The position numbers and the translations under genes are program-made. Below, piece after piece: positions 38,946 through 51,951 of a DNA stretch of 64,000 bases. This DNA comes from Octopus sinensis (taxonomy: Eukaryota), in assembly GCF_006345805.1 (NCBI RefSeq), contig NC_042997.1, positions 84,940,001 to 85,004,000 of the forward strand. The letters run 5' to 3'. The notes under the pieces were generated by a model. It searched no databases and was not told where the DNA came from. It saw only the letters and a program-made list of their open reading frames with translations. The first letter of the stretch is position 1; every line of letters begins with the position of its first letter.

Positions 38946-39464
38946 AATGGGGAAGAGACTTCATTTAATCCTGTACAACATATTGGTTTACTAAAACTAA
39001 CACGACACTCACTTTACTCAAAATTATTCAATTTTACAAAAACTTTCGTTAGTACTTAAAGGGAAGGAAAGAATCCCTAACCTCCCACTATATACTTAAT
39101 TGCTGCCAATAAAAATGTTGCATTTAGTTGTTCATTTGCCTATTATTGTAAACAGATTTTAGAGTATCATAATAAAACACGTTAAATTTCTTCTGTAATG
39201 GTGGTGGTGGTAGCTACTAGTAAACAAGCCGCCAGAAGAATTTCTTATTTCCAGGAAAAGTCAAAAACAAAGAACGAAAAAGAATTTTGTTATTACCAAT
39301 TTATTTGATTTCAAACAAGGTTCATACTAATTACTCTGAACTAATTTAATTTATTTTTAATCGCACATTTAAGTTTCATCTTCTACAATGATCTTCAGAC
39401 TTGCTGATCATGCACATATATATATTCATAATCAAATACACACACACATACACACACACACACA

Positions 39465-39495
<31 letters not shown>

Positions 39496-40624
39496 TACAC
39501 ACACATTTACTATACAATCGTTATTTAGACATTTAACAATAAATTTTGATTTATCTAAATTTTGAAAAATATTCTGTCTAGAATATACTGCGTTCATGTA
39601 TTCGTCCACTGAGCAAATCATTCTAAAGAAACCAAATCTTTCTTAAAAATGTGAAAATTAAAGCCTAGACTCTGCGGAAAACTAGTAATGGTGTGTCGGC
39701 ACACACGAAAACAAAAATAATAAAATTCGTGAAATAAAATAATTCCGTTTGCTGTTGGGAACAGTAACTTCAGACAGATTTCTTTTTTAAAAATAGTGCT
39801 TCTGTTAAAAAAAAATATGGCGGGTTAATAATGCCGAAAGAAACTATTTTTGACAAAGTGAAACCTTAGGTTAATTACGTATTGCCTGATGTTTCCCTAT
39901 GCCATACACGATTTCAATTGCGTTCTTTGATAATATGCTTTCAAAATACAGAATAATAAATATTATAACAATATGTCAGTCAATTGATCAATGCAACTGC
40001 TCCGTTTCTCATAACATTTTGCAACTGAACAGTATTTTTAGTTTCGTGACTGTCTACTTTTCTTAACCTAGACCAAAGTTTCATAAAAGTTCCTTCCTTT
40101 TATAATCACCATGGCAGTTTTCGCTGATATGTATAGCTGGATAGTGAGCATTTGATGTTGTTGTACATTGATACGGTTAGTTTTTCTTCTTTAGGCAGAG
40201 AAAGAGGGAGAGGGAGAGAGGTGGGGGAGAGAGAGTTTAATTGTCCGTTGAAAATTGTTCATTCCTTTTATGCATTTCGAATAGAAACATACTTAATTAA
40301 CTTACGACAAGAATTATACATGAAAACATGATAAATACTTGAGTATAAACTATAATAGGTGTTACATTAAGCGCAAATACAATTTTTAGAAATATTAGCA
40401 TTATTTTCTTGGTGCCACCTTTAAAATCATTTCATAAATTGAATTCTCTTTCTGCCAATTTGGATTTCTAGTGTGTAGTAGGAAAAACAACACTATCTAG
40501 GACCCACATTGTTTTAAACAAGCAAAGGGAGACATTGACAAATGTAGTCCTAGACTTATCAACAAAAAGGCAAATTGGTCACGGCTGCAATATATATATA
40601 CTCTAGGTCATCAACGATACTTTG

Positions 40625-40800
40625 GTTTCAAATTTTGACACAAAACCAGCAATTTCGGGGGAGGTGTCAAGTCGAATACTTCGACATCAGAGCTCAAGTG
40701 GTACTTATTTTATCGACCCCGAAACGATGAAAGGTAGAACGAAATGCTGCTAAGCATTTTGTCCGGAGTGCTAATGATTCTGCCAGCTCGCCTCCTTTCC
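40625..40800 (-). mobile_element. SINE family B
   Basis: aggaggcgagctggcagaatcattagcactccggacaaaatgcttagc..ttcggggtcgataaaataagtacc. Confidence 0.75.
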
Positions 40801-41639
40801 TTTCACGCTAGTAATAATTTAAGTAGTAAATCGTTATTTGCACAGCACATATTCTTAAATTATTCCGGCAGATTCGAATATAATTATTCTAATCCTCACA
40901 GAACAGCTCCTCTTTTACAATGACAGTGTGTTCATAAAACACTCAATTAGTGCAAGGGATTGTGGGACAACGGTGTTTTAATATGTTGTTTATCCCCAGC
41001 CAGAAGTACCCGGGCCAATGAATCAAACGAGAACTGATGGCCTTGTTTATAATTTCAGCAAACCATCTATTCTCTTACCGTGCTGATATATGCTAACCGA
41101 TCACATGCCACATCGCTATTTGCATGGTGAGGAACGAGAGTCGAAATGATAACTTCCATATATCTTTCTTAATAGATTTCGGCAGATTCGAAGAGACAAA
41201 CGTGCTAATCGCTGATGCATTTGTCACTGGCGAACACTTTCTCCTTTACGGCGAGTATGTGTTAATAACACACTTGATTCATTTGTGGAACAGATTCTGT
41301 GATATTAAATTTAAAAAAAGAAAAGAAAATAATAAATCAATTATATACAAAGAAAATTTTTAAAATATTTTGTATGTAATTGATCTAATGTATTATATTA
41401 GCAGATAAAATATATGTATGTCATCAGTCATACAGCTACATCAATGCGTTGGTATTTTCTTTAGCTCCAAGTCAGTTCTTAACCACTAAATCCTCTGGTC
41501 GAAAAAATGTTATCTTCAGCCATATTGCTTTTTTCGGTTATATGTTGAGCTACATTCAAATTGGTTACTAAAGTATTAGCATTATTGAGTGAGAGAGCAG
41601 TGCATGCCACCAAAGTGACACTGGGCTAAAATTTGTCTG

Positions 41640-43200
41640 TATTTTGCGGGAACCGGATCTGTTCCTTATATAGTTTTTTTTCTCCATCTCAGTGTCATAC
41701 TTTTCTGTCGTATATAGTTATGACCACAACCTGAACAGGTTATAGCATAAATTAGATTCTCGGAAGCACAAGTGAAATCGGTTTTAATTGTGGATCTTTC
41801 CCCTTGTTTGAATAGGAATTCAAGCAGTTTGGGGGCATGTTTCACATTTTTCAACCATTGGTTCCGTGGTTGTTGTGTAATCTTCGCATTTGTTAGAAGT
41901 CTTTTCAGAGATTTTTGTTGCCTTTTGCATTTGATGAATTTATGTTTTCAGAATGTTGTTCATTTTTGGATCCCTAGTAAACATAGGTAGATCTTGAACA
42001 ATAGTGTTGTATGCTTCATTCTTTCTAGGGATGAGAGTTGATATATACGGTAGTGTATTCAGATGAGGTGTAGTGTTACGTTTTGTTACCCCTGGTGTTT
42101 TAATGCCTAATTTCTTAGCACGCTTAATCCCATCGTCTATAAGTGAGGGTGGATATTGTCTTTCAGTTAGTGTTGTTCTGAGGCCTTGAAGACGTAGGTC
42201 CCGAGTATTTCTATCAAGCACTATTGTACAAATCCTTTTTGCTAAATTAAAGGGGATATTTCTCTTGATGTGCTTCGGGTGGCATGAGCTAAACAGGAAA
42301 CACTGCTTCGAGCTCGTTGGTTTATGATAAATGTCAGTTACAGTTTGGTTGTTGACTTTTTTTATCATAATATCCAATAAAGGGATCTGTTCTTTGTTAT
42401 ATTCCATTGAAAATTGAATGTTAGGGTTTATATTATTTAGTATTGATTTAAATTCCTAAAGTTTATCAATAGTCTACTTCCAAATGACAAAGCAGTCATC
42501 CAGGTTTCTTTTCTAAGTTCTCTCTTATATAATGGAGAAATGGATATCCATATTTTTGTAGTGCCACTTCATATATGGTGAATTCAAATTATCTCATTAT
42601 TAGGTTCGCAAGAATAGGGGCTGCTTTCGTTGCCACCGCAATTCCGCATTTTTGACGATAGTAGGTGCCATCAAATAGAAAATAATTGTTCTGAAGTATA
42701 AATTTTAAAGTTCAATCATAAATGCCTGGTTTATGCGTTCAGGAAGTACTTCAGGATACTTTTCCAACCAGAATTTTATTGCTTCTATTCCATGGCCATG
42801 TGGGATGTTAGTGTAAAGATAAATATCATCGAAGAAAACCAATAATGTCTCTTCGTTAGTTGTTTTAGTAGGTGCTCATGCATATCTAGATCGTCTCTAA
42901 TGAAACTTTTGATGTATTTCAGCAAGGGCTTCCATGGAAAAAGCTTAACAGAAAAAGGAATAAATTCTATCCCGAACTTTAAAAGTAAACCTAGTCTTTC
43001 ATACGGCCTACCTAAATTACGCAAGAGCAAGATACTTAATGAAGCCTGCAAACAATCACCAGGCAAATACATAAATATCCTAGCACCAGAGGACTTAAAG
43101 ACCCATTATAGCTGGCACAGCCTGCGAAACCGACCACCTAAGCAATTTTCTATACATCCTACTGAAATTCTAGCTGAAATACATGAAACGTATCCTTCTT
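41640..43200. pseudogene. Penelope-like element: RT core, thumb and GIY-YIG on the minus strand (41640-42797); upstream RT segment inverted on the plus strand (about 42800-43200)
   Basis: Minus: HGIEAIKFWL..YYRQKCGIAVATKAAP..LDDCFVIW..IPLLDIMIKK..TDIYHKPT..CHPKHIKRNIPFNLAKRI..FTCASENLIYAITCSGCGHNYI. Plus: [15 protein letters not shown]. Confidence 0.88.
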
Positions 43201-43263
43201 ATATATATATATATTTATATACATATATGTATATATATGTATACACATACACACACACACACA

Positions 43264-43328
<65 letters not shown>

Positions 43329-43424
43329 ATATATATATACATATACATACATACATACATACATACATACATACATACATACATACATACATACATACAT
43401 ACATACATACATGCATATATATAT

Positions 43425-44400
43425 ATATGTTTATGGTGCTGATTGCTTAACAGAACGCACATGTCAGAAATGGTTTTAAAAATTCTCTTCTGGAGATTTT
43501 TCAGTCAAAGATGACCAACGTTCTGGTCAGCATACTGAAGTTGATTATGACCAAACCAAAGCCATAATTGAATCTAATTGTCATATAACTGTGTGAGAGA
43601 TTGCAGAGAGGTTAAATGTATCAGGGTTATATGGTGGATGTGACATCACTTCCTACCCAAGCTCCAGTAATTTTTCACGAGTTAGCAAAAGTGTGTGTGA
43701 TCTAGCGTTGTCATGGTGGAACTGAAAATCACTTAAAATGTCTTGGACTCGTTAAGAAGCTCGATATTTAGGTTCCACATAAATTGAAAGAGATTCACTT
43801 AACACAATGAATCAATATTTGGGATATGTATCTCAAAGGCAATGCAATCAATCTCTTATTTTTTAAACGAATCGTTATTCGTGATGAAAAATGGATTGTC
43901 TACAATAACATCGATCGAAAACGATCATGGTCCAAGCGTAATGAACCAACACAAACCACATCGAAAGCTGAACTGCATCAAAGAAAGGTCATGCTGTCAA
44001 TTTGGTAGTATTACAAAGGTGTTTTGCATTTTGAACTGCTTCCAAGTAATTCCAAGTAACCAAACAATCAATTCAAATGCTTACTGTCAACATCTAATGA
44101 AACTGGAGAAAACAATCAAAGAAAAACGGCCAGAATTGGCAAATCGTAAAGGAATTGCGTTCCACCATGACAACGCTAGACCACACACATTTTTGCTTTG
44201 CTAACTCGTGAAAAATTACTGGAGCTTGGGTGGGAAGTGATGTCACATCCACCATATAACCCTGACCTTGTACCGTCAGATTACCATTTATTTCGTAGTT
44301 TGCATCAATCATTAGGAAAAATATGTAATTGATTAAAGTTCATTCTTTGTATGAAAAAATCGACTTTTATTTCACATTAAAAAGCCGAAATTACTTTATT
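43425..44400 (+). mobile_element. Decayed mariner (DD34D) with an internal inverted duplication
   Basis: [70 protein letters not shown]; TIR-like aaaaagccgaaattacttt near 44380-44398. Confidence 0.88.
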
Positions 44401-44509
44401 TAAATATATATATGTATATATATGTAATTTAATTGTTCATTTTGAATTGATAAAAGGTGTTTTTTTCTAATTATATATATATGTATATATATGTATATTT
44501 ATGTTTCTA

Positions 44510-44710
44510 CACCCCTATCCACTTGACAACTGGTATTGGTGCCTTTACGTCCCCGTAACTTAGTGGTTCGAAATAAGACACCGATACAATTCGTACCAGG
44601 TTTTAAAAAAATAGGTCTTGGTATCAATTTGTTCGACTAAAACATTTCGAGGCGGTGGCTCAGCATCGCTACAGTCTAATGAATGAAACAAATATAAGAT
44701 AAAAGATAAA
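44510..44710 (+). mobile_element. SINE family A, 3' half
   Basis: cacttgacaactggtattggtgcctttacgtccccgtaacttagtggttcg...aatgaatgaaacaaatataag. Confidence 0.7.
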
Positions 44711-46559
44711 AAAATATTTTTTTCCTGTATGGTACTGGAATGTTCAATCCAGTTCTTCATGATTCTTATCTACTTAAATAAATAATCGGTCGATGCAAGG
44801 TAAGCTGAAACGTTAAACATTATATTTCATAAGATTACATTTAACTTCCGTCAACTCTGCTGAAATATAAAATTGTTTTAAATTGACCAACATGGTAATA
44901 TAAATTTTGCTTTCATTTTATGTGAATATTGTTTTATTACTTAACTTTCATGTTTACTATATACATGCTTACATACATGCACACTTACATGTATATATAT
45001 ACACATATAGATATAGACATGTATGTAAATATGTATCTGTTTACTTGTGTGTATATGCATTGACAGACATATATATATTATATATAGTATATATATGTTA
45101 TATATATACTTATATATATAAATATGTTTATGTGTGTGTTTGGGTATTTGTCACATAGTAAAGTTTAATGTGCTTTTCACTTAGTTATAATTGGAAATTG
45201 AAACTATCGATATAAAAGAAAAACAGCCATACAATGAAAATAAAAGGCTAATAGATATGATGGATTTGGTTGGTATTCCAGCATATCCAAGTCGAACTAA
45301 ATAGGTGTATCTAGTCAGATGAAAGTAAGTATAATGTTTATCATATCTGTTCATCTTTTTATTGGTCTATGAAATTAATTTTTATGGAAATTTTAACTTA
45401 GCATGTGTATCATCAATTTCAAACAGTGAAACATAGTTGTACTTGGATTCTGTTTGATGTATAACGGTATACATGGAGTGTAATTGCTTTATAGCTTTTT
45501 ATGATTCTGTATTAGATACATAGTAATATAAGCACAATGTTACAACCACAATATATTCAATCGTGGACGCTTACTAGTAAATATATGTATTGTACATGTT
45601 CAGTTAGGATCATAATCTGCAGTATATATTATATAGCAAATGAATGCGGAGTTTTCTTAGAGAATTTATATAATTTCAGATTTATGTTTATTCACAGCCA
45701 TAAACCACCTGAAGCAAATAAAAATAATATTTTCAGATACATGCACTTCATCTATGCATTAATGTGTTTAGTCATCATGGCCTATTTATATAATACTTCT
45801 ACTAGATGATTTATCCTATTTTCTTCCACCTAGTCTCTTCTTAGTATAAATTTACATTTATATTCTTGAATGTAATTCTGAATGTTTATCACGGAACCCT
45901 GCCACGCTTGTGCCCTTATGGCTGTGCAATTTAATTTCAAACGTTGCACATATTTTGTAAACGATAAACTGCATCGTTTCTAAGATCATAGTACTTATTC
46001 GCGATAAATAAGACTGACATCTCTGTATTATAGATAAAATATTATTTATAGCTCTAGATTTCTTGAAAGGAATATAGTCGCGCTTCAGAATTGAAATCAA
46101 ACTTTCATAAATTCCTTCGTTTTCTCTACTTTTATTTCCATTTATTAATACAATATTTTTATTTGTCACTTTTTTCAATCATCGGATTGCGAAAATATTG
46201 ACGGCACCGCTTTGAAGGTTTTAACAAGATAAATGTGCTCCAGCGCTTATTCTATCAGTCTCTTTTGCCGAACCGCTATGTTAAGGGGACTTGAGCAAGC
46301 CAAAACCGGTTGCAAAACACAATAGCACACACAAGTGTGTATACATACATACATACATACATGCATACATGCATACATACATGCATACATACATACATAC
46401 ATGCATACATACATACATACATACATACATACATACATACACATATATGTATTTATATATATGTGCATGCGTGTGTGTATGCCCAGTGGACGGCCGATGT
46501 AACAGCAAGGCTAGTATACCAAGCAAAGGTAGCCTCAAACAAAAGCAGCACAAATAACA

Positions 46560-46900
46560 GCAACATCAATGCCAACACAGGGGCACTCACTAAAATTTAT
46601 GTCGGACCAGGCGAAACCAATTTTAAAATTTGCCTGAACAACCTCAGATCTTCTTTCAGGGTGCCGGAGAGATGCAACACAACGACAATTACATCATACG
46701 TATAGCGCCAAAAGGACGATCATACGCCCTTTCACATCAGGTGGAAATTACTAGAAACTTGTAGACCCTATCGCAAGGGAACAAGACAGTGTAAATTGTT
46801 TATGGCAGAAATATATATAAGTCTTATGTGCTCAAATGAGCCAGGAGGCTACCTGAACTCCAGGATGGAAGCCGTACAGAGTTTTCCACATTTTCGGAAA
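46560..46900 (+). pseudogene. Penelope-like GIY-YIG C-terminal fragment (a different PLE lineage)
   Basis: KIYVGPGETNFKICLNNLRSSF..TTITSYV*RQK..IRWKLL..PYRKGTRQCKLFMAEIYI..LNSRME. Confidence 0.72.
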
Positions 46901-47201
46901 TTTTTACTTCAAAATTGGAAAACCTAGTTATCAAGCGAAGAAAGACAACTCACTCGGCCATAATTTTTTTACGAGGAATATTTCTCCAAATATCACTGGC
47001 GCTCTTGTGTTTTTAAAACACATTCTTTGAAGAGAACAGGCTAGATATCGTTCAGGCTAGATATGAAATAGGTATTTCTCTAAAATTGTACATTTTACAC
47101 AAACAAATATATATATATATATATTTTTAAATATACTGCCCACGCTTCCTGATGAATTCCTTTTCTGTAGAGAAAGGGACTTCATCCTATATTGTTAGTA
47201 G

Positions 47202-47258
<57 letters not shown>

Positions 47259-47492
47259 CTAATATAGGATGAAGAAAAATTCAACCTATATTAGTAGTAG
47301 ACTTATTACTACTCGCTATAGAGACTGGTAACCACTATAATCTGTAGTGGCGAGCAGTCAACACGTTGTTCTGAGGCTGACAAAAGAATTTTTATTTTTA
47401 AATATAAATGGGGTACTTAAGAGTACTCATGTTTTTTGCTTCGGCTTTTTCCATGGGCGCATGCAAGTATCTTATTTATATTCTCTCGTAAG

Positions 47493-47552
47493 CTCTACTG
47501 AAGACGAATAAATCTTTTATGAGATTAATTCCGAAATTGATTCAATATAGAG
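47493..47552 (+). ncRNA. Type I hammerhead ribozyme (PLE-type), near intact
   Basis: ctcta-CTGAAGA-stem II (cgaataaatct/agattaattcc, first pair C-C mismatched)-GAAA-ttga t tcaaT A-tagag; predicted cut after 47547. Confidence 0.65.
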
Positions 47553-47689
47553 ATAACGAAATTTAAATATTCTAACGATTAGCCTGCCCGACTTCAGTTC
47601 AATTTTTCCGTAGCGAGTAGATTATATGTGGAAAATCAGCATATTGGCTTTTAAATAATTTTCTTTAGCCCTTTCTTATAAGTTATATA

Positions 47690-47720
<31 letters not shown>

Positions 47721-47837
47721 CTGATAAAGGGTGAAATATAATTAATTTAATAAAATCAACAAATTTCACCAAGTAGTATTTCGGTATGGAAAAGGACCAT
47801 ATTCGGTAAAAGTATATATATATATATATATATGTAT

Positions 47838-49567
47838 GAAAGTAGAAATTGAAAATGCACTCAGAATAGTTAAAATATTTTTATTAATATATTTGAAGCT
47901 TTAACCCGTTTCACAGCTTACACTGATTTAAAAAGGTTCAAATAAAAAAGTGGCTATCTTGCTTCTCACTAGTGTTTAAAGTTTGCCCTGTTTTTATAGG
48001 GAGTTCATGGCTCAAATTATTATATGTTTTGAATAAGATTTGAGTGGTAGAGGATAGTCACATGACTGATCTTAGAAATATGTGTAGGTTCCTCGCTACG
48101 TCTGTCTGCTAGTATCATGTGACAATCTCTGTCGTCGTAAGTTAAGGCTGACACAGTTGGCTGAACAAATCCAAATAATCAATGCTCTGAATGTTTTCTG
48201 TCAAGTGTTTGTAGAGAATGAACACATGATTAAATTAATAATGATTTGTACGTTTCGCGCTACATCTGTGCGTTGAGTGAACATGTTTAGTTCTAATAGA
48301 CAACGGAATAGAACGTGCCAAAGCAATAAATATCAAGGAATTACGAAAGACGAAAAACGGTCCTGATGCATCCAATAATTTACCCTTTATTACAACACAC
48401 AACCCATGAAACACAGAGGTTTACAATATAATTATACACCAGAACATCCCACTACTAAAACAAGACCCAAAAATGAAAGAAGCATTCGAAATACACAAAG
48501 CAATCAAAAGTAAAAGATGATCAAAATTCCCTCAAACAATCTCTCACAAGTGCTACATTACCGTCCACAATTCCTATATAAACAGTCAAACAATGTATCC
48601 GACCCAATTGCGGGATCTGCCTCAACCTTGCGGAAGACACAACATACAAATCCAAATCAGGAGAGATTGTTACCGTAAAAAATCACTTTACATGTTCTTC
48701 AAGGAGTTTAATACACGCTATCAAGTGTCGAGGATGCAATGAAGATTATATCGGCCAAACAAAGCTTACTCTAAGAAATAGACTGACTATTCACCGACAA
48801 CAAATACGAAACCCCAGTACTAGACAGACTCCACATGAGTGGTCACATAGACATATATGCAAAAAATTAGTTTCCCAAATTTCAGGTCTTCTCACTCTAC
48901 TATGTTCAGAGAATACCACAGATGAAGCAGGGATAAACAAAAAGTACTTTCATCCAAAAGTACAAACCAAGACGTAACAAACTTTAAGAGAGTACATACA
49001 CAATTAACTATATACACACAAAATTCATTCTGTCACTTATCATGAGAAAGCTACACGGCTAACAACCTAAATTATAACCATTGGACTAAATACAAACGAC
49101 TCTTGTCCACTCTCCCACCAAATAGATTAAATTTGGAGAGCCTTAACTATAACTAAATATGTTCAGTCAACCGTGTCGGCCTTCTTTTTCGGCGCAAAAT
49201 ATGCTGTCACGTGACACTAACGCGCGGTCGCAGCACGAAACGTACAATTCATTATTAACTTAATCATGTGTTCATTCTCTACAAACACTTGACAGAAAAC
49301 ATTCAGAGCATTGATTATTTGGATTTGTTCAGTCAAATGTGTCAGCCTTAACTTACGACGCCAGAGATTGTCACTTGCTAATAGCACACAGACGTAGCGA
49401 GGAACCTATACATATTTCTAAGATCAGTCATGTGACTATCCTCCACCACTCAAATCTTATTCAAAACATATACTAATTTGAGCCATGAACTCCCTATTAA
49501 AAGCTTCAAATATATTAATAATAAAAAATATTTTAACTATTCTCAGTGCATTTTCAACTTCTATTTT
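47838..49567 (+). mobile_element. 5'-truncated Penelope element: GIY-YIG region (about 48330-48990) between about 330-bp inverted terminal repeats
   Basis: NLPFITTHNP..CGICLN..FTCSSRSLIHAIKCRGCNEDYIGQTKLTLRNRLTIHRQQI; 47838-48272 is the reverse complement of 49238-49567 (with an extra insertion in the left arm). Confidence 0.85.
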
Positions 49568-50676
49568 CCCTATATTTCTTCCCGAGTGGAATAGAATAAC
49601 CTTGCTTTCTATATATGAGTGTGTGTGTGTGTGTGCGTGTGTGTGTGTGTGTTAACACTCCCCAAGCACACATACACGGCGAATTTTTTCAGAGCCTACT
49701 AACGAATCCACTCACAAGTCTTATAAGGGGCTATAATAGGAAACACTTGCCCAAGGTGTCGCACAGAGGGACTGAACCGAAGACCATATCGTTCAGAAGC
49801 AATCTTCTCAACCACACAACCCTTCTTATTCTTTCAGTTACTTTCACCCACTTCCAATAAAGTATATGAAGTCAGATTTGCTATGTCTTTTAGTATGACA
49901 GACGTTATTTTTCAAATGGTTTTTCAAATGACCTAACTGTCAAATTTAAACGTTTTCCAATATGTACAGCCCAATGTAATAAATGGACTTTCAGGAACGA
50001 TACTGCTCAGAATAAAGCAACACCAAATCAAATAGTAAAATTTACAGAGGTCCATGACACCTGCAACAAAGGAAGGTGTATTTCATGGTGATTAGTTACC
50101 TGAAGCACAGTGATAAATCAAACTCTATAATTTAATGGCAAATTGATCACTCTCGGTATGAAGTACCGGCACGCTTATGACCAATAACTGTTGGTGTTGA
50201 GCATCACTTTCAATCAATAAAATAGTGAGAAACAAGAACTGATACTAGAAAACTAGTTGTTCATTGTGTAACGATGTTTTACAGAAGGAATGGAATAATC
50301 ATAAACGTCTTTTTTGTATTTTCTGTTCTTTTATTAGTTTCAACAACATAGTGCATTCATACACACACACACACTCATTCACATACGCACACATACACAC
50401 ACACACACACACTTACACACACACATATGTATGTATCTGTCTGTCTGTCTCTCTGTCTGTCTGTATGTATGTATGTATGTATGTATGTATGTATGTATAT
50501 ATGTATGTATGTGTGTGTCTGTCGGTATTCAGTGAACGATCTGACCGTAGAATCCAAATACATGAAGCTCTGACTATTATACCAGTCCTCTTCGCAGTTT
50601 CCCTTTAATTAAACAAGAATTCACATGGGGTTCAAAATACTGGTGTTTTGTTATGCAATTTAAATTCAAATAGCAC

Positions 50677-50708
<32 letters not shown>

Positions 50709-50738
50709 TGTATGTATGTATGTATGCTTGTATGTATG

Positions 50739-50841
<103 letters not shown>

Positions 50842-51406
50842 TGTGTGTGTGTGTGAAAGAAAGTTTGAAAATGCAATTTTAAAGATGTTTATTCACTTGA
50901 CCGGATTCACTTTTTTAGAAAAAGATTGTCAAAAGTAAACTATAAAGCTTTGTATGAACTTTGTTGTGTTAAGTACTGACTGTCACAAAAGTATTAAAAT
51001 ACATATATACATTCTTTGATATTAATAAGAAAATGTTAAAAACAGTTTACAAGGAAATATCTTACAAAATATTAGGCAAAAAGTTCAATAAAAATATTAG
51101 TTCATTAAAAATCATGTTTGTTTGGAAGTATCTATATACATACAGAGAAAAGTATCAGGAGTTCAAAAAAAGTCATATTTTGTAGTATATATATATACAC
51201 AGAAGGAGATATGTTTAGGAGTTTACAAAGAATTTGAGATGAACGGACCTGTTTTAGCATTTTTTATTTTGTGTGAAGCTATTATGCAATTTTTGTGGGT
51301 GTTTTTTCAAAACATCGTCTGGTTTAAAAGTTACTCCAGATGCCATGATGGTTCTAAGATGTAGGTTAAGGAAGTGGTCAAACTTTGCATAGGAGTAGAC
51401 AACCAT

Positions 51407-51455
<49 letters not shown>

Positions 51456-51601
51456 CAACTGTTCTAATTATTGTTTAATGGTGAAGTTACACTAGTTAAG
51501 TTGATGTCAGTCCAGGTTTGGCTAAACGAATTCGAGCTATTTATTAATTTACGCAGATGAAAATTAACCATGAAGATGAGCCAACAAGGAAGCCAGTAAA
51601 C

Positions 51602-51951
51602 CACTGGTTTTCAATCATCTTTTATCTATGAACCCATTTGATTACTATTTTATTCTGGTGGATCTCGATAACCATTCGATATATAAAGACTAGTTTCATA
51701 GAAATTTCTTTCAAAATTCCTAATTTGCTTTCCACACATTAACTTATGTAGGGTGAACTATGTAAAATGCTCGAGAAAGAAATCTAGCAGTTTTTTGCAA
51801 TACATACCAATACATACATCTAAAGCAAATTTTTTTCAGGGGCTCTTAAAATACAACTGTGATCCCCAACTTATTATTTTATTGCGTGGACCCCTCCCCC
51901 AATCTTATGTGAACCCACAGACGCCGTATGGACCCTAGTTGAGAACCACTG
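51602..51951. mobile_element. hAT (Charlie-like) MITE
   Basis: Ends cactggttttcaatc and gttgagaaccactg; flanks cagtaaac and ctataaac (6/8 match). Confidence 0.6.
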
